Source: an uncultured bacterium
GTDB lineage: Bacteria > Patescibacteriota > Minisyncoccia > Phycocordibacterales > UBA9973
Assembly: GCA_903892035.1 (NCBI GenBank)
Contig: CAITGV010000005.1
Location: 41,011-105,010 of the forward strand
DNA length: 64,000 nt
Direction: 5' to 3'
A program made the position numbers and the translations under genes. The notes under the pieces are model-generated. The model was not told the DNA's origin, did no database searches, and saw nothing but the letters and a program-made list of their open reading frames with translations. This document shows, piece after piece, positions 53,758-62,288 of this stretch (positions within the stretch are counted from its first letter, which is position 1; every line of letters starts with the position of its first letter).

Positions 53758-56058
53758 ATGAAATTACTTATTGTAGAATCACCATCGAAAGCAAAGACTA
53801 TTGAAAAATATCTTGCAGGAGAATATACAGTCCGCGCTTCTGTCGGGCATATTCGTGATTTACCAAAATCAAATAAAAAAGCAATAGATATTCCCGCTGG
53901 CTTTGTTCCCTTTTATGAAATTTCAAAAGGAAAAGAAAAAGTTGTTCACGAACTTCAAGGTCTTGCTGAAAAAGCAAAAGAAATAATGCTTGCGACTGAC
54001 CCGGACCGCGAAGGAGAAGCTATATCGTGGCACATAAAAGAATTGCTCGATGCTGACAAAAAAGTCAAAGCTCCTATTAAACGTGTCGCTTTTCATGAAA
54101 TTACAAAAGAAGCAGTAGAAATTGCCTTACAAAGTCCAAGAGATATTGATGCAAATCTTGTGAAAGCTCAAGAGGCACGCCGAGTACTCGACCGTCTTGT
54201 GGGTTACGATTTGTCTGGATTAATTTGGAAAAAAGTTCGTTATGGACTCTCTGCAGGACGTGTTCAATCCCCTGCACTTCGTATAATAATGGAACGTGAA
54301 AGAGAAATTCGTGCTTTCATTCCTGAAAAATATTGGACACTCGATGGTTTATTTGAAACCGACCCTTCGACTAGCTCAGGGCGAGAAAAAATAAAATTAC
54401 AATTGACTTGTAATGAAGAACCTCGAGACGAAAAAATTGTAAATAAAATTTTAGATATTGGAAAGAAAAATCCTTGGCTTGTAAGTGAAGTCAAAGAGTC
54501 CGAGCAAAAGCGTTCCCCTCGCGCACCTTTCACCACTAGCACTTTGCAGCAAGTTGCAAGTACGCGTCTTGGTTTTTCTCCTTCACGTACAATGCAAGTC
54601 GCACAAAAACTTTACGAAGCAGGACATATCACATATATGCGTACAGATAGTACAAATGTTTCAGCTGTAGCACAGACTGCAATACTTGCACTAGTAGAAA
54701 AAAAATACGGAAAAGAATATGCTGAAGCTCATACATATAAAACAAAAAGTAAAAATGCTCAGGAAGCTCACGAAGCAATTCGCCCAACTCACATAGACGC
54801 AAACTCTGTCGGAAATAATGATGAACAAAAAAAACTCTACAAATTAATTTGGGAGAGAGCAATTTCTTCACAAATGTCAGATGCTAAATTAATGAAAACA
54901 AAAGTGAGCGCTACTGTTGTCGGTCACGACGACCCTTCGACAAGCTCAGGGCAAAGCATTCCATCATTTTCAGCAAATGGCTCTCGTGTGCTTTTCCCAG
55001 GCTGGCTTGTGTGCGACACAGATGCTCGCGGTGAAGATGTGGAACTTCCAAAAGTAAGTGAAGGAGAAAAATTAAAACTTCTTGAATTAAATAGTACAGA
55101 AAAAGCTACAGAGCCACCAAATCGATATAGTGAAGCGGGCCTTGTGAAAGAACTCGAAGCTCGAGGAATTGGTCGCCCGTCTACGTATGCATCTATCATG
55201 CGTACAATAGAAGAGCGTGGTTATGTAGGAAAACAAGGGCGCACACTTTTTCCTACCGATACTGGAGATGTAGTTTCAAGTTTCTTGGAAGAGCATTTTG
55301 CAAATTATATAAGTGATACCTTTACAGCAGAAATGGAAGATGAACTCGACGATATCGCAGATGGAAAAAGAGAATATGTAAAAACTCTCAGGGATTTTTA
55401 TGTGCCTTTTTTGAAAGAAGTAAAAGTCAAAGATAAATTGGCGAAAGCTACAAATATGGGTGAAGCGCCAGAAGGAATGCTTTGTCCAAAATGTGGAGGT
55501 AAAATGATTATCAAACTTGCTCGTAATGGAAAATTTTATTCATGCGCAAATTATCCCGAATGTGTAGGGGCAAGAAAACTCGATGGTGAAGAAATGGCTG
55601 GACCAAAAGATCTAGGCCGTCCTTGTCCAAAATGTGGAATTGCAATTCCAGATACCGGCCTTGATAAAAATGGAAAGAAAAAAAGAGTAAGTAAAAAAGT
55701 GCAAGAATTGGGACACTTGGTTCTTCGTGAAGGAAAATTTGGTTCATTTATTTCTTGCTCAAGATATCCAAAATGTAAATACATAGAACAAGATGAAGAA
55801 GAGTTGAAGAAAAAAATGACCGATGTGCAGTGTCCAGTTTGCAAAAAAGGAATGATGATGGAACGTCGTGGACGTTTTGGAATATTTTATTCTTGTTCAA
55901 ATTATCCTGATTGTAAGAATGCCATAAAAGCAAAACCCACAGGCAGAATTTGTGACATTTGTGGAAGTCTCATGATGGAAGGCACAAAAACAATTCCAGA
56001 ACGTTGCTCAAATAAACTCTGTCAAAACCACAACCCGCATAAAATCGAGAAAAAATAA
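53758..56058 (+). CDS. topA: DNA topoisomerase I
   Basis: 766 aa with a TOPRIM domain, the active-site Tyr region (GHITYMRTDST) and three C-terminal C4 zinc-ribbon repeats (CPKCGG.., CPKCG.., CPVCKKG..). Confidence 0.95.
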   Translation: MKLLIVESPSKAKTIEKYLAGEYTVRASVGHIRDLPKSNKKAIDIPAGFVPFYEISKGKEKVVHELQGLAEKAKEIMLATDPDREGEAISWHIKELLDADKKVKAPIKRVAFHEITKEAVEIALQSPRDIDANLVKAQEARRVLDRLVGYDLSGLIWKKVRYGLSAGRVQSPALRIIMEREREIRAFIPEKYWTLDGLFETDPSTSSGREKIKLQLTCNEEPRDEKIVNKILDIGKKNPWLVSEVKESEQKRSPRAPFTTSTLQQVASTRLGFSPSRTMQVAQKLYEAGHITYMRTDSTNVSAVAQTAILALVEKKYGKEYAEAHTYKTKSKNAQEAHEAIRPTHIDANSVGNNDEQKKLYKLIWERAISSQMSDAKLMKTKVSATVVGHDDPSTSSGQSIPSFSANGSRVLFPGWLVCDTDARGEDVELPKVSEGEKLKLLELNSTEKATEPPNRYSEAGLVKELEARGIGRPSTYASIMRTIEERGYVGKQGRTLFPTDTGDVVSSFLEEHFANYISDTFTAEMEDELDDIADGKREYVKTLRDFYVPFLKEVKVKDKLAKATNMGEAPEGMLCPKCGGKMIIKLARNGKFYSCANYPECVGARKLDGEEMAGPKDLGRPCPKCGIAIPDTGLDKNGKKKRVSKKVQELGHLVLREGKFGSFISCSRYPKCKYIEQDEEELKKKMTDVQCPVCKKGMMMERRGRFGIFYSCSNYPDCKNAIKAKPTGRICDICGSLMMEGTKTIPERCSNKLCQNHNPHKIEKK

Positions 56059-56082
56059 ACATTTGTTAAGAGTTCAGATTTC

Positions 56083-57570
56083 GTGCATAATGGTTATATG
56101 ACTGATGTAAACGAAATTTTTGAATTAGATGGTGTAATGAGCCAAAAAGACAAGGAGCTCGTCACTAAAGCTTACGAATTTGCTAAAAAAGCTCACGAAG
56201 GAACACTACGAAAAAGTGGTGATCCTTATTTTATACACGTCTTTGAAACTTCAAAAACTTTGGCGCGAATTGGGATGGATGCAAAAACAATTGCTGCAGG
56301 ACTACTTCATGACACACTCGAAGATACTACAGTGACAGAAGAAGAAATGGAAAAAGAATTTGGTATTGAAATAGTGAAGCTTGTAAATGGAGTGACAAAA
56401 TTGGGAAAAGTAAAATATCGTGGACGTGAAAGACACGTCGAAAGTTTGCGAAAATTCTTCATGGCTATGGCGGACGATTTGAGAATTTTAATAATCAAAC
56501 TCGCGGACAGACTTCACAATATAAGCACTATTGAACATTTACCCGAAGAAAAAAGAAAAAGAATTGCAATTGAAACAATTGAAATTCACGCTCGACTTGC
56601 GGACCGCATCGGTATGGGAATGCTCAAGGGTGACCTCGAAGACTACGCTTTCCCTTATGCTTACCCAAAAGAATATGCTGAAGTTGTAAAACTTTTGGAA
56701 ATTAGAAAAGCTACAAATGAAAAGGAGTTAATGGATGTTACAAATATACTTTCAAAAGAACTTACTGAACAAAAAATAAAAATATTTGAAATTGACCAAA
56801 GAGTAAAACATAAATACAGTCTTTGGAAAAAATTAGAGCGCTACAATATGGATATAGATAAAATCTACGACATTATTGCAATACGTGTTGTCGTAGGTAC
56901 AATTGGTGAGTGCTACCACACACTTGGTATAATTCATAAACTTTGGAATCCCCTCCCAGGACGCATCAAAGATTACATCGCAGTTCCAAAACCAAATGGC
57001 TATAGATCACTACACACTACTATTTTTACTGGCAATGGTGGAATATTGGAAATTCAAATTCGAACACAAGAAATGCATGCCGAAGCAGCATACGGTATAG
57101 CAGCGCATTTTGTATATAAAGAACATGGAATAAAAAATAAAAAAAAGAATGCTGAACCTGTAGAAAAAAAACTTGAATGGATTGACCAGTTGAAAGAATT
57201 GCAAAAAGTTGTCGCAGAACCGGCAAAATTTCTCGAACATTTAAAAACAGATTTTTTCCGAGATAGAATATTTATTTTTACACCAAAGGGTGATGTCGTA
57301 GATTTACCGGAAGACTCTGGCACTATTGATTTTGCTTTTGCAATTCACTCAGATATTGGTTTTCATGTATCAGGAGCAAAGATAAATGGCAAACTTTCAC
57401 CACTTTCGACAAAATTGAAAAATGGTGACATCGTAGAAATAATTGTTAGTAAAAATTCTCATCCAGCTTCTAAATGGCTCGACTATACAAAGACATCGCT
57501 CGCAAAAAGGCACATTCGTTCTTATCTTGAAGAAAATAGTTTGTATAATAAGTTTTTCGGAAAAAAGTAG
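56083..57570 (+). CDS. (p)ppGpp synthetase/hydrolase, short RSH (HD + synthetase + TGS domains only)
   Basis: 495 aa with an HD motif (HDTLED), a RelA/SpoT synthetase domain (..GYRSLHTTIF..) and a TGS domain (..IFIFTPKGDVVDLPEDSGTIDFAF..). No ACT/helical C-terminal region. Confidence 0.85.
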   Translation: MHNGYMTDVNEIFELDGVMSQKDKELVTKAYEFAKKAHEGTLRKSGDPYFIHVFETSKTLARIGMDAKTIAAGLLHDTLEDTTVTEEEMEKEFGIEIVKLVNGVTKLGKVKYRGRERHVESLRKFFMAMADDLRILIIKLADRLHNISTIEHLPEEKRKRIAIETIEIHARLADRIGMGMLKGDLEDYAFPYAYPKEYAEVVKLLEIRKATNEKELMDVTNILSKELTEQKIKIFEIDQRVKHKYSLWKKLERYNMDIDKIYDIIAIRVVVGTIGECYHTLGIIHKLWNPLPGRIKDYIAVPKPNGYRSLHTTIFTGNGGILEIQIRTQEMHAEAAYGIAAHFVYKEHGIKNKKKNAEPVEKKLEWIDQLKELQKVVAEPAKFLEHLKTDFFRDRIFIFTPKGDVVDLPEDSGTIDFAFAIHSDIGFHVSGAKINGKLSPLSTKLKNGDIVEIIVSKNSHPASKWLDYTKTSLAKRHIRSYLEENSLYNKFFGKK

Positions 57571-57579
57571 AAGTACGTA

Positions 57580-57648
57580 ATAAGAAATAGCGTTTTAAAA
57601 TGGTCTGGGGATTTTTTCCGAGGACCTTTTACAAACGCTATTTCTTAT
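57580..57648 (+). repeat. Long hairpin, copy 2: 16-bp outer stem (ATAAGAAATAGCGTTT / AAACGCTATTTCTTAT), GGTC/GACC inner stem and a 17-nt loop TGGGGATTTTTTCCGAG
   Basis: Read directly. It starts 9 nt after the rel stop. The core TTTTAAAAT(A/G)GTCTGGGGATT(G/T)TTTCCGAGGAC is shared with copy 1. Confidence 0.8.
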
Positions 57649-57660
57649 GAAGTTTATGTT

Positions 57661-58677
57661 CTATATCGAAAACTTATTTAAATTGTAGAGATCGGCTTCT
57701 TCTTCAGATTTTTGCATTTCATCTTTTGAGCGATCATCCTCTGCTTTACTTTCTTCTAAATTTTCAGTCGGTAAAGTAGACTCTTCGGGATTTTTTACTT
57801 CATTTTGTATTTGATTTGCTTCAAAACGCTCCATCATCATATTTGGATTACTATTTTTTTCAGTATGCATCATTTCAAGAATTGTGCGCAAATCCTCTGT
57901 AGTAAAATAATCAATCAATATTTGTCCCCCACTTTCTTTTCTTTCAATGTGTACACGAGTGCCGAAAGCTTCACCGAGTTTTTCTTCTATCTCCATAATT
58001 TCTGGATCAGGCAAAAGTTCTTTCTTGCGAGCCCGATCAAAGGCAATTTTTCTTGCTGTACGCTCTGCTTCACGAACACTAATTTTTTTATATAAAATTT
58101 CTTTAAATAAAACTGTCTGCTCCTCTGGTCTGTCGGAAAGCATCATCAAAGGTCTTGTGTGGCCTTCGCTAATTTTTCCTTCAGAAAGCGCGTTCAACAT
58201 TTCTTCAGGAAGATTTAGCAAGCGAATTGTATTTGAAACATATTCGCGACTTTTTCCAACTTTTGTTCCGACTTGAGCATGAGTAAATTTGAATTCATCC
58301 ACCAATCTTTGAAATGCTCGTGCACGATCTACAGAATTCAAATCTTCTCTTTGTAAATTTTCAATGATAGCAATTTCAAGCTTCGTCATTGAATCGTCTC
58401 CTTCGCGAATTATTACCGGTATTTGAGTCACGCCAGCAAGCTTTGAAGCACGCAAGCGTCGCTCACCAGCAATAAGCTCGTATTCTACAGCAAGACCTCC
58501 GTCTTCCTTTAAAATCTCTACACGCGAGACCGTGAGAGGCTGAATGAGACCATATTGGCGGATAGAGTCTGCTAAATCTCGAAGTGGTCCTTCTTCAAAC
58601 TCCCGTCGTGGTTGGTACGGATTTGGTTTAATCTTTTCTACGTCTACAAAAAAAATTGAATTTGAATATAATGGCAT
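57661..58677 (-). CDS. parB: ParB/Spo0J-family partition protein with an extended acidic C-terminal tail
   Basis: 338 aa with a ParB N-terminal CTPase-like domain (..GLIQPLTV.., GERRLRA box), an HTH, and a ~90-aa Glu/Asp/Lys-rich C-terminus. No parA is adjacent. Confidence 0.8.
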   Translation of the reverse strand: MPLYSNSIFFVDVEKIKPNPYQPRREFEEGPLRDLADSIRQYGLIQPLTVSRVEILKEDGGLAVEYELIAGERRLRASKLAGVTQIPVIIREGDDSMTKLEIAIIENLQREDLNSVDRARAFQRLVDEFKFTHAQVGTKVGKSREYVSNTIRLLNLPEEMLNALSEGKISEGHTRPLMMLSDRPEEQTVLFKEILYKKISVREAERTARKIAFDRARKKELLPDPEIMEIEEKLGEAFGTRVHIERKESGGQILIDYFTTEDLRTILEMMHTEKNSNPNMMMERFEANQIQNEVKNPEESTLPTENLEESKAEDDRSKDEMQKSEEEADLYNLNKFSI

Positions 58678-58761
58678 ATAATTAAAATTATTCTATCATA
58701 TTTTTCAAACAGAGTAAAAATTGATTTTTATGCCTATTTTAGTGTAATATGAGTTCACCGC

Positions 58762-58843
58762 GCCGGAGTGGCGGAATTGGTAGACGCGCACGACTCAAAA
58801 TCGTGTATCGAAAGATGTGGGAGTTCGATTCTCCCCTCCGGCA
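58762..58843 (+). tRNA. tRNA-Leu (anticodon CAA)
   Basis: Manually folded: acceptor GCCGGAG/CTCCGGC, anticodon stem CACGA/TCGTG with loop CTCAAAA, long variable arm, T-arm GGGAG-TTCGATT-CTCCC, discriminator A. Upstream lies TTGATT-18-TAATAT. Confidence 0.8.
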
Positions 58844-58852
58844 CAAGAAAAT

Positions 58853-59878
58853 CTATATGAATATCGGCTCGGGTTCGAGGGTGATGCCGAATTTTTTTTC
58901 GACTTCAGAGATTATGAAGTTTTTTGTATAAAGTAAGTCTTCGTATGTGGCGCCATTTGGATTTGTAATTACGAGGGCATTGTTCTGATAAACAGAAAGC
59001 TTGCCTATATCTTTGCCTTTTAATCCACAACTTTCTATTAGGTACCCTGCAGGGATTTTTGAAAAGCCTGCGCTGGCAGGAAATATTTTCATATCAGAGT
59101 ATTTTTCTTTTAATTCATTGGCTTTATCAACTGAAATAATAGGATTTTTGAAAAATGAACCAACAGAAGGAATTTCCCTTGGATCAGGCAATTTTCTTGA
59201 GCGAATTTCAATTACAGCATTACGAACTTCGAGTGGTGTAGGATTTGGTATATTTCTATCAGCAAAATATTTTATAACATCTGCATATTGAGGAATTTCG
59301 TTTTTATTTTTCAAGAGTCTTAAAGTGACGGATGTAATGACATACCTACCTTTGTTTTCAGGTTTTTTGAAAATGCTATCGCGATAAGAAAATTCGCATT
59401 CTTCATTTGTAAAACTTTTAATTATTTTTTCTTCTTTATCGTATGCATCCAAAGAAATGAGTGTGTCTTTTATTTCTTGCCCATAAGCTCCAACATTTTG
59501 CACTGGTGTGCCACCGACAGTACCAGGAATTGCCGACATAGCTTCAATACCAGAAAGGCCCATCATAGATGTGCGCTCAACTACATAGTCCCAATTTTCA
59601 CCTGCTCCAATTCTCACCACAAATTCATATTTATTATCAGAAAGAATACAAAATGAAGAAATTTCGATTTTTATGAGTAGTTTATCCACAAGGGCATTTG
59701 TAAAAATAATATTTGATCCGCCACCGATAACGAGAGTTTGAATATTGTTATTTTCAGCAAAAATGTATGCTTCGGTAAGCTCCTTTGCGTTTTTTACCCT
59801 TGTAAAATAACGTGCTTTTGCATTCAATTTTAGAGTAGTAAAATTTGAAATATCCACATTTTCCTCAATTTTTAACAT
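58853..59878 (-). CDS. murB: UDP-N-acetylenolpyruvoylglucosamine reductase
   Basis: 341 aa with an FAD-binding PCMH domain (..LVIGGGSNI..) and a MurB C-terminal domain (..AGYLIESCGLKG..). Confidence 0.85.
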   Translation of the reverse strand: MLKIEENVDISNFTTLKLNAKARYFTRVKNAKELTEAYIFAENNNIQTLVIGGGSNIIFTNALVDKLLIKIEISSFCILSDNKYEFVVRIGAGENWDYVVERTSMMGLSGIEAMSAIPGTVGGTPVQNVGAYGQEIKDTLISLDAYDKEEKIIKSFTNEECEFSYRDSIFKKPENKGRYVITSVTLRLLKNKNEIPQYADVIKYFADRNIPNPTPLEVRNAVIEIRSRKLPDPREIPSVGSFFKNPIISVDKANELKEKYSDMKIFPASAGFSKIPAGYLIESCGLKGKDIGKLSVYQNNALVITNPNGATYEDLLYTKNFIISEVEKKFGITLEPEPIFI

Positions 59879-59896
59879 ATTGCAATTATATCATAT

Positions 59897-61429
59897 ATGA
59901 TATATAATAGGCAAATGAAAATAAAAAACGAAAAAGAACGCATCGGTAATTTTATTAAAACTATACGTGAGGGGCAAGGTTTTACTCAAGAAGAGTTTGC
60001 AAAAGCTCTATCTACCTCGCAAAGTGCTGTGGCTCGCATGGAGAGCGGTAAACAAAATTTTACAATGGAGCAACTCGAGAAAATAAGTACAGTATTGGGC
60101 AGAAAAATTCTTTCCCTTTCTTCTTCAATAGACTTTGAAATAAATGGTGGCAAAAAACTATCGGGTAGCATCGATACAAATTATTCAAAAAATGGCGCGA
60201 TCAATATGCTCTGCGCTACTCTCATAAACCAAGGCAAAACAGTGCTACACGGTATTCCTCACATCGAGGAAGTACACCGCTATATAGAAATAATGCAAAG
60301 TCTCGGAGTTTCCGTAAAATGGATTGGTGATGATTCACTTGAAATTATAGTTCCAAATAAATTAAATTTTGAAAGTATAGACAAAGATACGGTGGCAAGA
60401 ACTCGTTCATTTACATTTGTCGGAGCTCTTATTCACTATGCAAAATCATTCACTTACCCAAACTCTGGTGGTTGCAAAATGGGAGAGCGCACTATAGCTG
60501 CGCATAAATACGGCTTGGAAAAACTTGGTGTAAAAATTTTAACCAAAAAAAATACATATGAAATTTCTTATAAAAAATTAAAGCCAAATACTATCCCCCT
60601 CTATGAATCCAGCGACACAGGAGCTATCAATATGCTCATTGCAGCTGCAAGAATTCCGGGAATTACAACAATAAAATTTGCTCCGCCAAATTACCAGGTG
60701 CAAGACGTATGTTTTCTTTTAGAAAAAATGGGAATAAAAATTGAAGGTATTGGTACTACTACTCTCGTAGTGCACGGAGTCGAACAAATAAATAAAAATA
60801 TTGAACATTATAATAGTGAAGACCCTATTGAATCAATGTTTTTCATTACTGCAGGAATTGTCACAAAATCAAAAATAACAATAAATCGCTGCCCCATAGA
60901 ATTCCTCGAACTCGAAATGGAAAAACTTTTACATATGGGTCAAAAATACACAAAATCAAAACCCTATTTTTCAAAAAACGGACGAACGACTTTAGTCGAC
61001 ATTACGATACTCCCTTCAAATCTAAAAGCATTGCCGGACAAAATTCACACACAACCTTTCCCTGGAATTCAAAATGACAGTTTGCCATTTTTCGTGTCTA
61101 TCGCTGTTCAAGCAAAAGGCACCACGCTCATTCACGATTGGACTTGGGAAAATAGAGCGATATATTTTACTGAGTTAAATAAATTGGGTGCAAAAATAAC
61201 CCTTATGGATCCACATAGAGCCATCATAGAAGGCCCATCAAAGCTTCGTGGAGCGCAAATAGTCTGCCCACCTGCACTCCGCCCTTCTGCAACAATATTT
61301 ATCAGTATGCTTGCCGCCGAGGGAGTCTCGACTCTTCGAAATATTTACTCAATTGCACGTGGCTATGAAGATATTGCCGAAAGATTAAATTCACTCGGTG
61401 CTGATATAAAAATTTTGAAAGGCATTTAA
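59897..61429 (+). CDS. murA: UDP-N-acetylglucosamine 1-carboxyvinyltransferase with an N-terminal XRE-family HTH domain (fusion)
   Basis: Residues ~7-75 form an HTH_XRE domain (IGNFIKTIREGQGFTQEEFAKALSTSQSAVARMESGKQNFTMEQLEKISTVLG). The remaining ~420 aa are MurA/EPT fold, with the active-site Cys loop at YPNSGGCKMGERTI. The start may be at 59915 instead. Confidence 0.8.
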   Translation: MIYNRQMKIKNEKERIGNFIKTIREGQGFTQEEFAKALSTSQSAVARMESGKQNFTMEQLEKISTVLGRKILSLSSSIDFEINGGKKLSGSIDTNYSKNGAINMLCATLINQGKTVLHGIPHIEEVHRYIEIMQSLGVSVKWIGDDSLEIIVPNKLNFESIDKDTVARTRSFTFVGALIHYAKSFTYPNSGGCKMGERTIAAHKYGLEKLGVKILTKKNTYEISYKKLKPNTIPLYESSDTGAINMLIAAARIPGITTIKFAPPNYQVQDVCFLLEKMGIKIEGIGTTTLVVHGVEQINKNIEHYNSEDPIESMFFITAGIVTKSKITINRCPIEFLELEMEKLLHMGQKYTKSKPYFSKNGRTTLVDITILPSNLKALPDKIHTQPFPGIQNDSLPFFVSIAVQAKGTTLIHDWTWENRAIYFTELNKLGAKITLMDPHRAIIEGPSKLRGAQIVCPPALRPSATIFISMLAAEGVSTLRNIYSIARGYEDIAERLNSLGADIKILKGI

Positions 61430-61433
61430 ACAT

Positions 61434-62288
61434 ATGAAAAAAATAAAAGTTATTGCTGTAGTTGGCCCAACTTCTGTCGGAAAAAGTGACTACGCAGTAA
61501 AACTAGCAAAAAAAATAAAAGGTGAAATAATTTCTGCTGACTCACGCCAGGTATACACAGGACTCGACATTGGTTCTGGTAAAATTACAAAAAAAGAAAT
61601 GGGTGGTATTCCCCATCATATCCTCGATGTGGCAAATCCAAAAAATAAAAATGTTTTTACAGTTTCAGATTTTAAAAATCTTTCAGAAAAAGCAATTGAA
61701 GAAATAAATAAAAAAAATAAAGTTCCAATAATTTGTGGGGGCACAGGATTTTATATTGATTCTCTTTTACTTGGACTCGATATTCCTGAAGTTCCACCAA
61801 ATAACGCCTTACGTAAAAAGTTATACTCAAAATCCGCAGAAGCACTCTTTGAGTATCTAAAAAAGATTGATCCAGAAAGAGCAAAGAGTATCGATAAAGA
61901 TAATCCTGTCCGACTAGTGCGAGCTATTGAAATTGCAAAAGCATTGGGCAGAGTACCTAATATAAAAATAAATTCAAAATACGATGTTGAGTGGATAGGA
62001 CTCACTGCAGATCGAGAAATTTTACGTGAGCGTATTGTGAAAAGACTTCATGCGCGCTTGAAACAAGGAATGATAAAGGAAGTGAAACAGCTTCACGCCG
62101 ACGGCGTCACATGGAAAAGAATGTATGATTTTGGCTTAGAGTATAGATACTGTTCTATGCTTTTGCAAAATAAAATATCAAAAGATGATTTTGAAAAAAT
62201 TCTTTCTGACAAAATTTACCAATACGCAATGCGCCAACTCCGCTGGTTTAAAAGAAATAAAAAAATAAAGTGGATAGAAGTTAAATAA
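61434..62288 (+). CDS. miaA: tRNA dimethylallyltransferase
   Basis: 284 aa with P-loop GPTSVGKS and IPT-family motifs (..ISADSRQVY.., ..PHHILD..). Confidence 0.85.
   Translation: MKKIKVIAVVGPTSVGKSDYAVKLAKKIKGEIISADSRQVYTGLDIGSGKITKKEMGGIPHHILDVANPKNKNVFTVSDFKNLSEKAIEEINKKNKVPIICGGTGFYIDSLLLGLDIPEVPPNNALRKKLYSKSAEALFEYLKKIDPERAKSIDKDNPVRLVRAIEIAKALGRVPNIKINSKYDVEWIGLTADREILRERIVKRLHARLKQGMIKEVKQLHADGVTWKRMYDFGLEYRYCSMLLQNKISKDDFEKILSDKIYQYAMRQLRWFKRNKKIKWIEVK

Noticed and set aside
54361-54952. Intein or other self-splicing insertion in TopA suggested by the repeated DPSTSSG-coding 22-mers
   Set aside because: The 190 aa between the repeats are ordinary TopA catalytic core including the active-site Tyr (ITYMRTDST). 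There are no intein blocks (no C/S-1 after a conserved junction, no HN-C/S/T terminus).
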